64,000 nt of DNA, taken from Candidatus Krumholzibacteriota bacterium (GTDB lineage: Bacteria > Krumholzibacteriota > Krumholzibacteriia > JAJRXK01). A program made the position numbers and the translations under genes. The notes under the pieces were generated by a model that made no database searches, was not told where the DNA came from, and saw only the letters and a list, made by a program, of their open reading frames with translations. Shown in pieces: positions 10,125 through 18,557 of this stretch. Positions within the stretch are counted from its first letter, which is position 1. Every line of letters begins with the position of its first letter. The stretch covers positions 1-64,000 of the forward strand of contig CAWDWO010000016.1 of NCBI GenBank assembly GCA_963806035.1. Direction: 5' to 3'.

Positions 10125-10196
10125 GTTCTGCTGCTTCCCAGGACGGTCCCGGAGTTCTAAGCTCAATTGCTCCCTAAATGGCGAGCGGAGGATGCA

Positions 10197-10592
10197 ATGA
10201 AACGAGTGGTTGGTATCGGCGGGGTTTTCATCAAGTCGAAGAATCCCGAGGCGCTCAAGGCCTGGTACAAGACTCACCTGGGAATGGACATTCAGGACTG
10301 GGGCGGGGTGATGTTCCAGTGGAGTACGCCCGAAAATCCCAATCCCGATGGGGCGACGGTTTGGAGTGTCTTCGATGCATCTTCCACCTATTTCAATCCG
10401 AGCAAGGCCTCGTTCATGATCAACTATCGGGTCGAAAACCTGCACGCAGTCTTGAAGGCCCTGAGGGCGGAGGGTTGCGAGGTGGACGAGAAGACAGAGG
10501 AGTCGGAGTTCGGGAAGTTCGGTTGGGTGATGGATCCCGACGGGAATCGCGTGGAGTTGTGGGAGCCGCCCCAAGGAACGATTGGTGAATGA
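10197..10592 (+). CDS. VOC/glyoxalase family protein
   Basis: VVGIGGVF, MINYRVENL, FGKFGWVMDPDGNRVELWEP. Confidence 0.9.
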   Translation: MKRVVGIGGVFIKSKNPEALKAWYKTHLGMDIQDWGGVMFQWSTPENPNPDGATVWSVFDASSTYFNPSKASFMINYRVENLHAVLKALRAEGCEVDEKTEESEFGKFGWVMDPDGNRVELWEPPQGTIGE

Positions 10593-10627
10593 GCGGTCGC
10601 CATTGAGCCAATGGAAAAGGTGAAACG

Positions 10628-12157
10628 ATGAAGCTTCGTGAGGCTCTGCGGACCACTCGCGAAACGGTCTTGCTCGCGCTGCTGATCACACTGTTTCACA
10701 TCCTCACCGCAAAAGGCTACGGGGTCTTTCGCGACGAGATGTACTACCTGGCCTGCTCCAAACATCTCGCTTTCGGATACGTCGATCAACCGCCACTGGT
10801 GGCGGTAGGCGCCTGGTTCATTCGCCATACTCTGGGCACCTCTCTCTACGCGCTGAGGCTTTTGCCGGCGATCGCCGCCGGCATCACGGTCATTCTCACG
10901 GGAGCCATCGCGCGTCAACTCGGGGGCGCTCGATTTGCGCAATTTCTCGCCGCCCTCGCGGTGGCTCTGGCGCCCGAGTTTCTGGGTGTGACGTCGATCT
11001 ACTCCATGAACGCGTTTGATCTGGTGGCGTGGACGGCGCTCTGTCTGCTCGTGGTGCTGATTCTGAAGAATCGCGAGCCGAAGCTCTGGCTCGTATTTGG
11101 ACTCGTGGCTGGAATTGGACTGGAAAACAAGCTGAGCGTTCTCTTCCTGGGCTTTGGAATCGCGGTGGGATTGGTGGCGGCACGAGAATGGAAGCAACTC
11201 CGAGATCGTCAGCTATGGTTTGGCCTGGCGATCGCAGTACTTCTATTTCTGCCGCATGTCCTGTGGCAGGTGACGCACGGCTGGCCGACGCTCGAGTTCA
11301 TCAAGAGCGCGACGGAGACCAAGAACGTGGCGCTATCGCCCCTCGCGTTCTTCGCGCGGCAGGTGATGATCATGAATCCCATCGCTCTACCGCTCTGGCT
11401 CGGGGGGCTTCTGTATCTGCTCTTTGCAAAGTCGGCCAGACCCTACCGAAGCCTCGGCTTTGCTTACCTGGCGATCTTCGTCGTGATGGACCTACGGCAT
11501 GCCAAACCCTATTACCTCACGCCGATCTATCCGCTTTTGCTGGCGGCGGGTGCCGTCATGGTGGGGCAGGCTGCGAGAGGGCGACACATGGCATGGTTGC
11601 GTCCGGCCAGCATCGCATTGATCGCGCTCACCGGGATGGCGATGGCGCCGCTGGCGAAGCCCATCCTGCCAGAAGAGAGCTATGTGCGCTACGCGGCGGC
11701 CCTGGGAGTGGCTCCGGGATCGGATGAAAAGCACGAGGTGGGCCGCCTCCCGCAGTTCTTCGCCGACATGCATGGCTGGCGCGAGCTAGCGGCATCGGTG
11801 GGCGAGGTCTATCAGGCCCTGCCGGCGGCCGACAAGCCACACGCCTACGTCTATGCCTCGAACTACGGCGAAGCGGGCGCCATCGATTACTTCCGGTCCA
11901 GCTACGGGCTTCCCCCGGTGATCTGCGACCACAACAACTATTGGTTGTGGGGGCCTGGAGATTGGGACGGAAAAGTGCTCATCGTCATCGGGGAGGAGCG
12001 CTCGGACCTGGAGAGTCTCTTTGACAGCGTGGAGGAGGGCGGTCGGTTTCACTGTCAGGATTGCCAGCCAAGCGAGAACGATCAGACTCTCTGGGTGGTC
12101 CGTGACATGAGAATCGCCCCGAAGGGGCTGTGGCCGCGCCTCAAGCACTACGACTAG
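10628..12157 (+). CDS. GT-C fold glycosyltransferase (family 39/ArnT-like)
   Basis: FRDEMYY, GYVDQPPL, about 11 TM helices, AKPYY, NYGEAGA, HNNYWLWGP. Confidence 0.85.
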   Translation: MKLREALRTTRETVLLALLITLFHILTAKGYGVFRDEMYYLACSKHLAFGYVDQPPLVAVGAWFIRHTLGTSLYALRLLPAIAAGITVILTGAIARQLGGARFAQFLAALAVALAPEFLGVTSIYSMNAFDLVAWTALCLLVVLILKNREPKLWLVFGLVAGIGLENKLSVLFLGFGIAVGLVAAREWKQLRDRQLWFGLAIAVLLFLPHVLWQVTHGWPTLEFIKSATETKNVALSPLAFFARQVMIMNPIALPLWLGGLLYLLFAKSARPYRSLGFAYLAIFVVMDLRHAKPYYLTPIYPLLLAAGAVMVGQAARGRHMAWLRPASIALIALTGMAMAPLAKPILPEESYVRYAAALGVAPGSDEKHEVGRLPQFFADMHGWRELAASVGEVYQALPAADKPHAYVYASNYGEAGAIDYFRSSYGLPPVICDHNNYWLWGPGDWDGKVLIVIGEERSDLESLFDSVEEGGRFHCQDCQPSENDQTLWVVRDMRIAPKGLWPRLKHYD

Positions 12158-12167
12158 GAAGGTCAAA

Positions 12168-12698
12168 ATGCCATTCGATCGTCAGCCCCGTCTGGTGGGC
12201 GAGCAGCTCGAACTGCGTCCGCTACAAGCCGAGGACTTTGAGGCGTTATTCGCGGTGGCCTCCGATCCGCTCATCTGGGAACAGCATCCCGAGAGCGATC
12301 GCTACCAGGAGGAAGTGTTCCGGCGTTTCTTTGCCGACGCTTTGAAATCGGGCGGCGCGCTGGTGGCGCTGGATCGCTCGACAGCCGAGATCATCGGTTC
12401 CTCGCGCTTTCATGGCTACGATCCAGCGGAGGGCGTGGTGGAGATCGGCTGGACCTTCCTGGGACGCGACTACTGGGGAGGTAGCTACAACGGCGAGATG
12501 AAGCGGCTGATGCTGCAGCACGCGTTCCGGACCGTGCAGCGCGTCATCTTTCGCATTGGCCCTGAGAACTTCCGTTCCCAGAAGGCGGTGGAGAAGATCG
12601 GGGGCAAATTCAGCAAGAAAACCACGGATTCTCAGGGCGAGGAGATCTGGGTCTACGAGCTCACGCCAGAACAGTATTCCCCTCCGAAGAGTGCTTAG
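12168..12698 (+). CDS. GNAT acetyltransferase (RimJ/RimL-like)
   Basis: LELRPL, EIGWTFL, NGEMKRLML.HAF, N.RSQKAVEKIG. Confidence 0.88.
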   Translation: MPFDRQPRLVGEQLELRPLQAEDFEALFAVASDPLIWEQHPESDRYQEEVFRRFFADALKSGGALVALDRSTAEIIGSSRFHGYDPAEGVVEIGWTFLGRDYWGGSYNGEMKRLMLQHAFRTVQRVIFRIGPENFRSQKAVEKIGGKFSKKTTDSQGEEIWVYELTPEQYSPPKSA

Positions 12699-13366
12699 TA
12701 CGCCGCCTTCAGTGCTCCCCAGCTGGATGCCGCAGCCGGGAGAGGTTCTGGTGGCGAGGGCCAACAATTGGACCAACTGCCATCTCTTTCCCATTCGAAG
12801 ACCACGGTGATGCAACCGTCGGGAACACAGCTGGACCAAAGGTTCGCAAGTCCAAAGGAACGAGCTTCAGGATTATCGACACATTCGCTGTATTGCGGAA
12901 GCGCGGCGCCAGAAGCATGAGAAGGCTTGATACAGTACAGAACATCGTAATAGGGCAGGGCAACCCAGGTGTAGACGTGCTTGGCCAGACGGATGTGATC
13001 AGGACTGGAGCCCGCCTCGGAATCTCCTTCATGAAAGCATGCGCCTGTGCTCACGCGCACATCCCCGCTCGTGCCGGAATTCGTAGCGGTGGTAGGGTAG
13101 AGGGTTGGAGCGCTAATGAGAGCCGAGAGATCGGTCGTATCGATTCTATAGTCGTAGCCGGAGAGTTCGGACACTTTAAAAGTGAGGACGTAGATTTGAG
13201 CCGACGGTAGGTTTGCAAGGTCGGGGTTGAGCACGAGTTCAGTGCGGCCATCAACATAAAAGACCGTCCCGGCCTCATCAAAGGCCATGCCGATCTTTTG
13301 AGCAGAAGATATGAATGGAACGAGGAGCTCACTCACCACGATGACGCACAAGATCAGTTTCTTCAT
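12695..13366 (-). CDS. Secreted six-Cys protein with SWGxLK tail, paralog 1 of 4
   Basis: MKK signal peptide; shared core DGRT.LV.NP.L.NLPSA...GDVRV.TG.CF...IRLA.H; ends SSWGALKAAY. Confidence 0.8.
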   Translation of the reverse strand: MKKLILCVIVVSELLVPFISSAQKIGMAFDEAGTVFYVDGRTELVLNPDLANLPSAQIYVLTFKVSELSGYDYRIDTTDLSALISAPTLYPTTATNSGTSGDVRVSTGACFHEGDSEAGSSPDHIRLAKHVYTWVALPYYDVLYCIKPSHASGAALPQYSECVDNPEARSFGLANLWSSCVPDGCITVVFEWERDGSWSNCWPSPPEPLPAAASSWGALKAAY

Positions 13367-13409
13367 TCGGTACTACCCTTCCTGCAAATTTGAACCTTCG
13401 ACCAGGGCA

Positions 13410-14066
13410 CTAATACATCGCCTTCAGTGCGCCCCAGCTCCCTGAGTGAACCGCTACCGGGCAATTCGCAGGTTCGCCGTAGATCCACTCAAAGACGACG
13501 AGAACACAAGCATCGGGTATGCATGGTTTGAGATACTTGTTCTCGAGGCCGAAAGGCAGTGGAACTGGATTCGGCACGCACTCGGTGTAGTTTGGGGCCA
13601 CATAGTCCCCCTGCGAGATGGGTCCCATGCAGTACACCACGTCCACGCTCGGAGGGGCGAACCAACTGTAGATATGCCTCGCCAGGCGAATCTGAGTCGG
13701 AACCGGACCGGCATCAGGGTCACCAGCGTGGAAGCAAGCACCGGTTCCCACCCGCACGTCACCGCCGGTCCCGAAGTTGGCGGAGGTGGCTGTGGGGTAG
13801 AAAGTGGGCGTTCCCACGATGGCCGTGGCGTCTGACGAAGTGATCCGATACTCGTAACCGAAGAGTTCTGAAATATCGAAGGCGATGATGTAGACCACGA
13901 CCGATGGGAGGTTTCCAAGTTCAGGATTTGGAACAAGCTCAAAGCGGCCATCGATCCATGACCGGATCTCGCTCTCATCGAGACTAATTCCAATGTTTTG
14001 GGCAAACACGCCGGAGCTGAAAGCAAGAGCTGCCATAATCATCATCAGTATCGCGGGCTTCCTCAT
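13410..14066 (-). CDS. Secreted six-Cys protein with SWGxLK tail, paralog 2 of 4
   Basis: Signal peptide ending VFA-QNIG; same core; ends GSWGALKAMY; GAGG RBS. Confidence 0.82.
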   Translation of the reverse strand: MRKPAILMMIMAALAFSSGVFAQNIGISLDESEIRSWIDGRFELVPNPELGNLPSVVVYIIAFDISELFGYEYRITSSDATAIVGTPTFYPTATSANFGTGGDVRVGTGACFHAGDPDAGPVPTQIRLARHIYSWFAPPSVDVVYCMGPISQGDYVAPNYTECVPNPVPLPFGLENKYLKPCIPDACVLVVFEWIYGEPANCPVAVHSGSWGALKAMY

Positions 14067-14112
14067 GACATGACCTCACTATCGATCGGGTATCCGATTC
14101 AAGAATAAGCCC

Positions 14113-14787
14113 TCAAAATGCCGCTTTCAGTGCCCCCCAGCTCGAGGACTTCGCGGGTACCGTGTTCAACAGTGGCACGCAGTTCACAGGCGTCACCGCG
14201 TCTGTCTCCCACTGGAAATACACCGCGATGCAGGCATCGGACAGACAGTTGTCGGCGTAAATGTCGGAGATGCCGAAGGGCAGGGAGGGTGAAGAATCCA
14301 CGCATTCCGAGTATTGCGGGAACGCGGCGCCCGATTCGACGGAGGGCTCTATGCAGTACAGCACGTCCACGTACGGAAGCGTTAGCCAGCTGTAGATGTG
14401 CTCGGCCAGACGGATCTGAGTCGGATCAGAGCCGGCTTGTGCGTCACCCGCGTGAAAACATACTCCCGTTGCCACACGGACGTCCCCGGCGGTGCCAGAG
14501 TTGCTGGAAGTGTCAGGGTAGAAGGTCGATTCGCCATGGAGGGCTGTCGCGTCTGTCGAGCTGATCCTGTACTCGTACCCGAAAAGCTCAGGGAGATCGC
14601 GGGTGATCACATAGACATGCGCCGACGGCGCACCTCCAAGGGCGGGGTTCGGAACAAGATCGGTTCGACCGTCGATCACGAAGCTCGAGCCGGCCTCGTT
14701 GAAACTCAAGCCGATTGTCTGAGCGGACGATCTGGAGGGCAGGAGCAGGATGCTCAGGGCGAGGGGGAGAATCGAGAGCGTCTTCAT
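14113..14787 (-). CDS. Secreted six-Cys protein with SWGxLK tail, paralog 3 of 4
   Basis: Start trimmed to MKTLSIL (GAGGTG RBS); same core; ends SSWGALKAAF. Confidence 0.82.
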   Translation of the reverse strand: MKTLSILPLALSILLLPSRSSAQTIGLSFNEAGSSFVIDGRTDLVPNPALGGAPSAHVYVITRDLPELFGYEYRISSTDATALHGESTFYPDTSSNSGTAGDVRVATGVCFHAGDAQAGSDPTQIRLAEHIYSWLTLPYVDVLYCIEPSVESGAAFPQYSECVDSSPSLPFGISDIYADNCLSDACIAVYFQWETDAVTPVNCVPLLNTVPAKSSSWGALKAAF

Positions 14788-14821
14788 GGCGAAGCACACC
14801 TCTTGGAGCCGTCTGAGTCCG

Positions 14822-14850
14822 ATTCTATGCCACTGGCGCCAGGAATTCAA
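14822..14850 (-). promoter_or_regulatory. Putative sigma70 promoter for paralogs 3-2-1
   Basis: Minus strand TTGAAT-17 bp-TAGAAT, 35 bp upstream of ATG 14787. Confidence 0.55.
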
Positions 14851-14990
14851 GGGATCCACATGCCAGGCTTGCGAGAGGCGCAGGAATTTGCAACTCTACA
14901 GATGCAGGCGCGGCTAGCTTCCCCCCTTCGGTGCCTGCAGAGGCATCCCCCGATCGACCGAAAATTCGCAGCTTTCTCAACCAACGAGCC

Positions 14991-15935
14991 ATGCACGACC
15001 GTGAACTGGAACAGTGGCGCCACGACCACACCTTTGCCCAGGACCTGCAGAGGCCGGGTGAATCCCGCACGAAAATCGTGATTTTGATCACCGCCAGCAT
15101 GATGGTGATCGAGATATTGGCCGGCCTCAAGTACGGCTCCATGGCTCTTCTTGCCGATGGCCTGCACATGGCGTCGCACACCGTGGCCCTCGGAATCGCC
15201 GCGTTTGCCTACCTCTATGCGCGCCGCAATGCCGGGAATCCGCGCTTCAGCTTCGGTACGGGCAAAGTTAACGCATTGGGAGGCTTCACCGGTGCAGTGC
15301 TTCTGGCGGTGTTCGCCATTTTCATGGCAGTCGAGAGCGTGGGGCGATTGCTCCACCCCGTCCAAATTGGATTCGATCAAGCGATTCTCGTAGCGGTCGT
15401 GGGATTGGCGGTCAACGGGATTTCCGCGCTGGTCTTGGGGACGGCGGGCGAGTCCCACCAGCATCATGATCACGATCACAATCTGAAATCGGCCTATCTC
15501 CACGTATTGGCGGATGCACTCACGTCCATCACTGCCATTCTTGCGCTGCTGGGCGCCAAGTACTTCGGTCTGGTTTGGATGGACCCGGTGATGGGTATCG
15601 TGGGCTCCCTCCTCGTCGCCCGCTGGTCGATGGGACTGCTGGGTACGACAGGAGCCGTACTGCTGGATCGACAAGCTCCGACGAATCTGGGGAATACGGT
15701 CAAGGAGGCCCTGGAGGCCGACGGAGATACGCGAGTCACGGACTTGCACGTGTGGTCGATCGGCCCCGAGATCTATTCAGCGCTCATTTCCGTGGTTGCG
15801 CAGGAACCCGCGACTCCAGCCGAATACAAGTCGCGCCTCCCCGATGCTTTGGGCCTCGTTCACGTGTCCATCGAAATTCATGAGTGTCAATCTGCCGCGA
15901 ATTCTGGACGTGCGTCCGCCGTCCATCGCTCCTAG
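14991..15935 (+). CDS. dmeF: CDF family Co/Ni efflux transporter
   Basis: WRHDHTF, SMALLADGLHMASH, FSFGTGKV, His-rich loop, NLKSAYLHVLADALTS, DLHVW. Confidence 0.88.
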   Translation: MHDRELEQWRHDHTFAQDLQRPGESRTKIVILITASMMVIEILAGLKYGSMALLADGLHMASHTVALGIAAFAYLYARRNAGNPRFSFGTGKVNALGGFTGAVLLAVFAIFMAVESVGRLLHPVQIGFDQAILVAVVGLAVNGISALVLGTAGESHQHHDHDHNLKSAYLHVLADALTSITAILALLGAKYFGLVWMDPVMGIVGSLLVARWSMGLLGTTGAVLLDRQAPTNLGNTVKEALEADGDTRVTDLHVWSIGPEIYSALISVVAQEPATPAEYKSRLPDALGLVHVSIEIHECQSAANSGRASAVHRS

Positions 15936-16085
15936 CAAGGCGTGTCCTCAGCCGAGGGCAAGCTGCTCGGGCGAACTCAGGCTTTCCGGCGAATTCCGTA
16001 GCGAAGGTCAGTACGATCATGGATCCGACGACTGCGGATTGAGACCTGACTGAGCCTTCTCACACACCAAAGCGAAACGAGGCAC

Positions 16086-16119
16086 AAAAGACGCGGCCCC
16101 GAATTCTCGGAGCCGCGTC
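16086..16119 (-). terminator. Intrinsic terminator after paralog 4
   Basis: Minus strand GACGCGGCTCCGA-GAAT-TCGGGGCCGCGTC-TTTT: 13-bp stem with one G-U pair, followed by a U-tract, about 36 bp after the stop. Confidence 0.8.
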
Positions 16120-16155
16120 AATTTCCTCACCGAGGAAAATCTGATCAAGCCAAGC

Positions 16156-16821
16156 TTAGAAGCTGGACTTCAACGAGCCCCAGCTCTTCTCCTGCGAACC
16201 GACAACGTCGCGGTTGCAGTTGTGAGGAGTAGTGGCATCGTCCCACTCGAAGACGACAACCGCGCAACCGTCGGGGGTGCAGCTGTCCTGTGAGGTGTTC
16301 GCGATACCGAAGGGCAGGGGAGTCGGGCTCTGCACACACTCGGTGTAGTTCGGAGCCGCGTAAGAACCCTGCTGGATGGGTCCGATGCAGTAGGTCACGT
16401 CCACCGCAGGCGTGGCGAACCAGCTGTAGATGTGCTTCGCCAGACGGATGTTCGTCGGGTTGGGTCCTGCCTCGGGGTCAGTGAGCGTGAAACACTTGCC
16501 GGTGCCTACACGAACGTCACCATTGGAGCCGAAGTTGGCACTGGTGGAGGGGTAGAAGACCGGCGTTCCGACGATCGCCGTGGCGTCGCTGGAAGTGATG
16601 TAGTACTCGTAACCGAAGAGCTCAGGAATGTCATACGCGACGACAAAGATCTGAGCCGACGGCAGGTTGCCAAGAGCGGGATTCGGGACGAGGTCCGTGC
16701 GGCCATCGATGACCGTTTGCGTCCCACCCTCATCGAAGGTAACACCGATATTCTGGGCAAACGACATGGAAGCCATGGCGAGGATGCCGAGAACCGTGGC
16801 GAGAATCATTAGCTTCTTCAT
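16156..16821 (-). CDS. Secreted six-Cys protein with SWGxLK tail, paralog 4 of 4 (monocistronic)
   Basis: Start trimmed to MKKLMIL; SFA-QNIG cleavage site; same core; ends KSWGSLKSSF. Confidence 0.85.
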   Translation of the reverse strand: MKKLMILATVLGILAMASMSFAQNIGVTFDEGGTQTVIDGRTDLVPNPALGNLPSAQIFVVAYDIPELFGYEYYITSSDATAIVGTPVFYPSTSANFGSNGDVRVGTGKCFTLTDPEAGPNPTNIRLAKHIYSWFATPAVDVTYCIGPIQQGSYAAPNYTECVQSPTPLPFGIANTSQDSCTPDGCAVVVFEWDDATTPHNCNRDVVGSQEKSWGSLKSSF

Positions 16822-16883
16822 TATGCCTCTTTCTCCTTCTTTGCTTTCTGGGAACTCCACCTTTCTGGAGCCATACCATGACG

Positions 16884-16913
16884 ATTCTACGACATCCGCT
16901 GACGCGCGGTCAA
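16884..16913 (-). promoter_or_regulatory. Putative sigma70 promoter for paralog 4
   Basis: Minus strand TTGACC-18 bp-TAGAAT. Confidence 0.5.
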
Positions 16914-17174
16914 GCGGGTGGAAGCCATCGGGTGCCCGGAAATCGCTGTCACTATAGGCAATAAGCCCCATTGGCGAATAAACGTCAAAAATGCCTTTTG
17001 CCAGGACGCCAGGGGCGTAGGAATCTCTCTAGCGCAGGATAGGCGCAGGCCCAAGGGAGCCATGAAACACCGCGAATGATTGAAGAGTAGTATACGAAGT
17101 GGTATTCAGCCCGTAGGGGGTTTTGCGCAAGCGCCGTTCCAGAGATCTCTACCCGCCGGCCGCCAGGAGAAGCC

Positions 17175-17564
17175 ATGAGCTGCAATTACGAATTCAACCC
17201 GAACTCCGATACGATCCAGGTCACGACCACGGGCGCGGCGGAGATCGAGGAACTCGTCGAGATGGTGCGGACGATCGCCAAGTTATGCGGTGAGCATCCT
17301 TCAGCCAACATCCTCGTCGACCACTCCTCCTTGAATGCCGGCCCGGTGACCATGGATGAAGTGCGCACCCTGAGCGGTGTTACGGTTTCCTTCAAGGGGA
17401 TCATGGGCAGCAGGAAATGCGCCCACGTCGTCAAAGACGATCTGCAGTATGGTCTAGTCCGCGCCTGGGAGATGATGGTGGAAGTCAACGGCTATCCCGA
17501 GCTGGAGACACGAGCGTTTCGCCAGCGGGAAGATGCAATCAGCTGGACCGCTTCAAAGCAGTGA
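17175..17564 (+). CDS. Small SpoIIAA-like (STAS/SEC14-like) protein
   Basis: AGGAG RBS; pattern ILVD...KCAHVV...YGL.R...RAF..REDAISW. Confidence 0.55.
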   Translation: MSCNYEFNPNSDTIQVTTTGAAEIEELVEMVRTIAKLCGEHPSANILVDHSSLNAGPVTMDEVRTLSGVTVSFKGIMGSRKCAHVVKDDLQYGLVRAWEMMVEVNGYPELETRAFRQREDAISWTASKQ

Positions 17565-17584
17565 CCCCGGGCCCTCGGAGCGCG

Positions 17585-18523
17585 ATGCGCTTATTCAGAA
17601 GATCGAGCTTCACTATAGTGTTCTTGCTGTGCAGTTGGACGGCTGTCGCGCAAGCAGAGACGCACATCAATCAGAGAGTAAACTACACTTTCCCATCCTG
17701 GGATGAGGCAGCGAGTTCTACCGGCGTAGAGCATTATGCCAATAGGCAAGAATATGAGGCTGCCGTCGCCGATAGCACTTATCGACTCCAGAAAATTCAC
17801 TACTCGAGCGATGGCCTCGATGTCGTCGCCTACTTCTATGCACTGCGAATCTCAGGCCCGGAGAAACGCCCGGCCATCGTCTTCAATCGAGGAAGCTACC
17901 TACGGGGAGACATCGCTCCTGAGCTCGTCGTGATGCTGCACCGACTGGCAGTGGCCGGATTCACCGTAGTTGCTCCCCTATACCGCGGGAGTGACGGGGG
18001 AGGGGGACAGGATGAAATGGGTGGGGCCGATCTCGATGACCTGATGAACTTGCCCGCGGTACTGGAAGAATTGGGATCGATCGACACGCGAAATATCTTT
18101 CTCTATGGGGAGTCGCGCGGAGGGATGATGGTGTTTCAGGCGATCCGGGACGGCTTTCCCGCCCGAGCGGCCGCCACCTACGGAGCATTCACCGACCTCG
18201 AGAAGATGGTCGATAGCGAAGAGGGTCACTCCACGGCTGTGGCCATTTGGCCTCAGTTCGACAAGGAGCGGGGACAGATCATCCGGCGCCGCTCCGCGAT
18301 GCAGTGGCCCGAGCGCCTGAATCTTCCTCTTTTACTCATGCACGGGAGCAAGGACGAGTCAGTGCCCGTGCTCCAGACCTTGCACTTGGCGAGCGTCTTG
18401 AGCAAGGGAAAGACTGACTTCGGTGTCATCGTCTTTCCCGGTGCGAATCACGTGTTAAAAGATCAGGAAGAGGAGCGCGATCGCTGTGCCGTGGAATTCT
18501 TCCGCCGGTACATGATCGAGTAG
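17585..18523 (+). CDS. Secreted alpha/beta hydrolase (S9 prolyl oligopeptidase-like)
   Basis: AQA signal peptide; Y.SDGL.V, IVFNRG, GESRGG nucleophile, LLMHG..D..VP, GANH. Confidence 0.85.
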   Translation: MRLFRRSSFTIVFLLCSWTAVAQAETHINQRVNYTFPSWDEAASSTGVEHYANRQEYEAAVADSTYRLQKIHYSSDGLDVVAYFYALRISGPEKRPAIVFNRGSYLRGDIAPELVVMLHRLAVAGFTVVAPLYRGSDGGGGQDEMGGADLDDLMNLPAVLEELGSIDTRNIFLYGESRGGMMVFQAIRDGFPARAAATYGAFTDLEKMVDSEEGHSTAVAIWPQFDKERGQIIRRRSAMQWPERLNLPLLLMHGSKDESVPVLQTLHLASVLSKGKTDFGVIVFPGANHVLKDQEEERDRCAVEFFRRYMIE

Positions 18524-18557
18524 GCCATATGGATCCAAAGATCTCGATCGGGTTTTC

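Noticed and set aside
12695..16821. Paralog array as a diversity-generating retroelement or cassette-switching locus
   Set aside because: No reverse transcriptase or recombinase is nearby, the differences are spread throughout rather than adenine-specific, and each copy has its own start and signal peptide.
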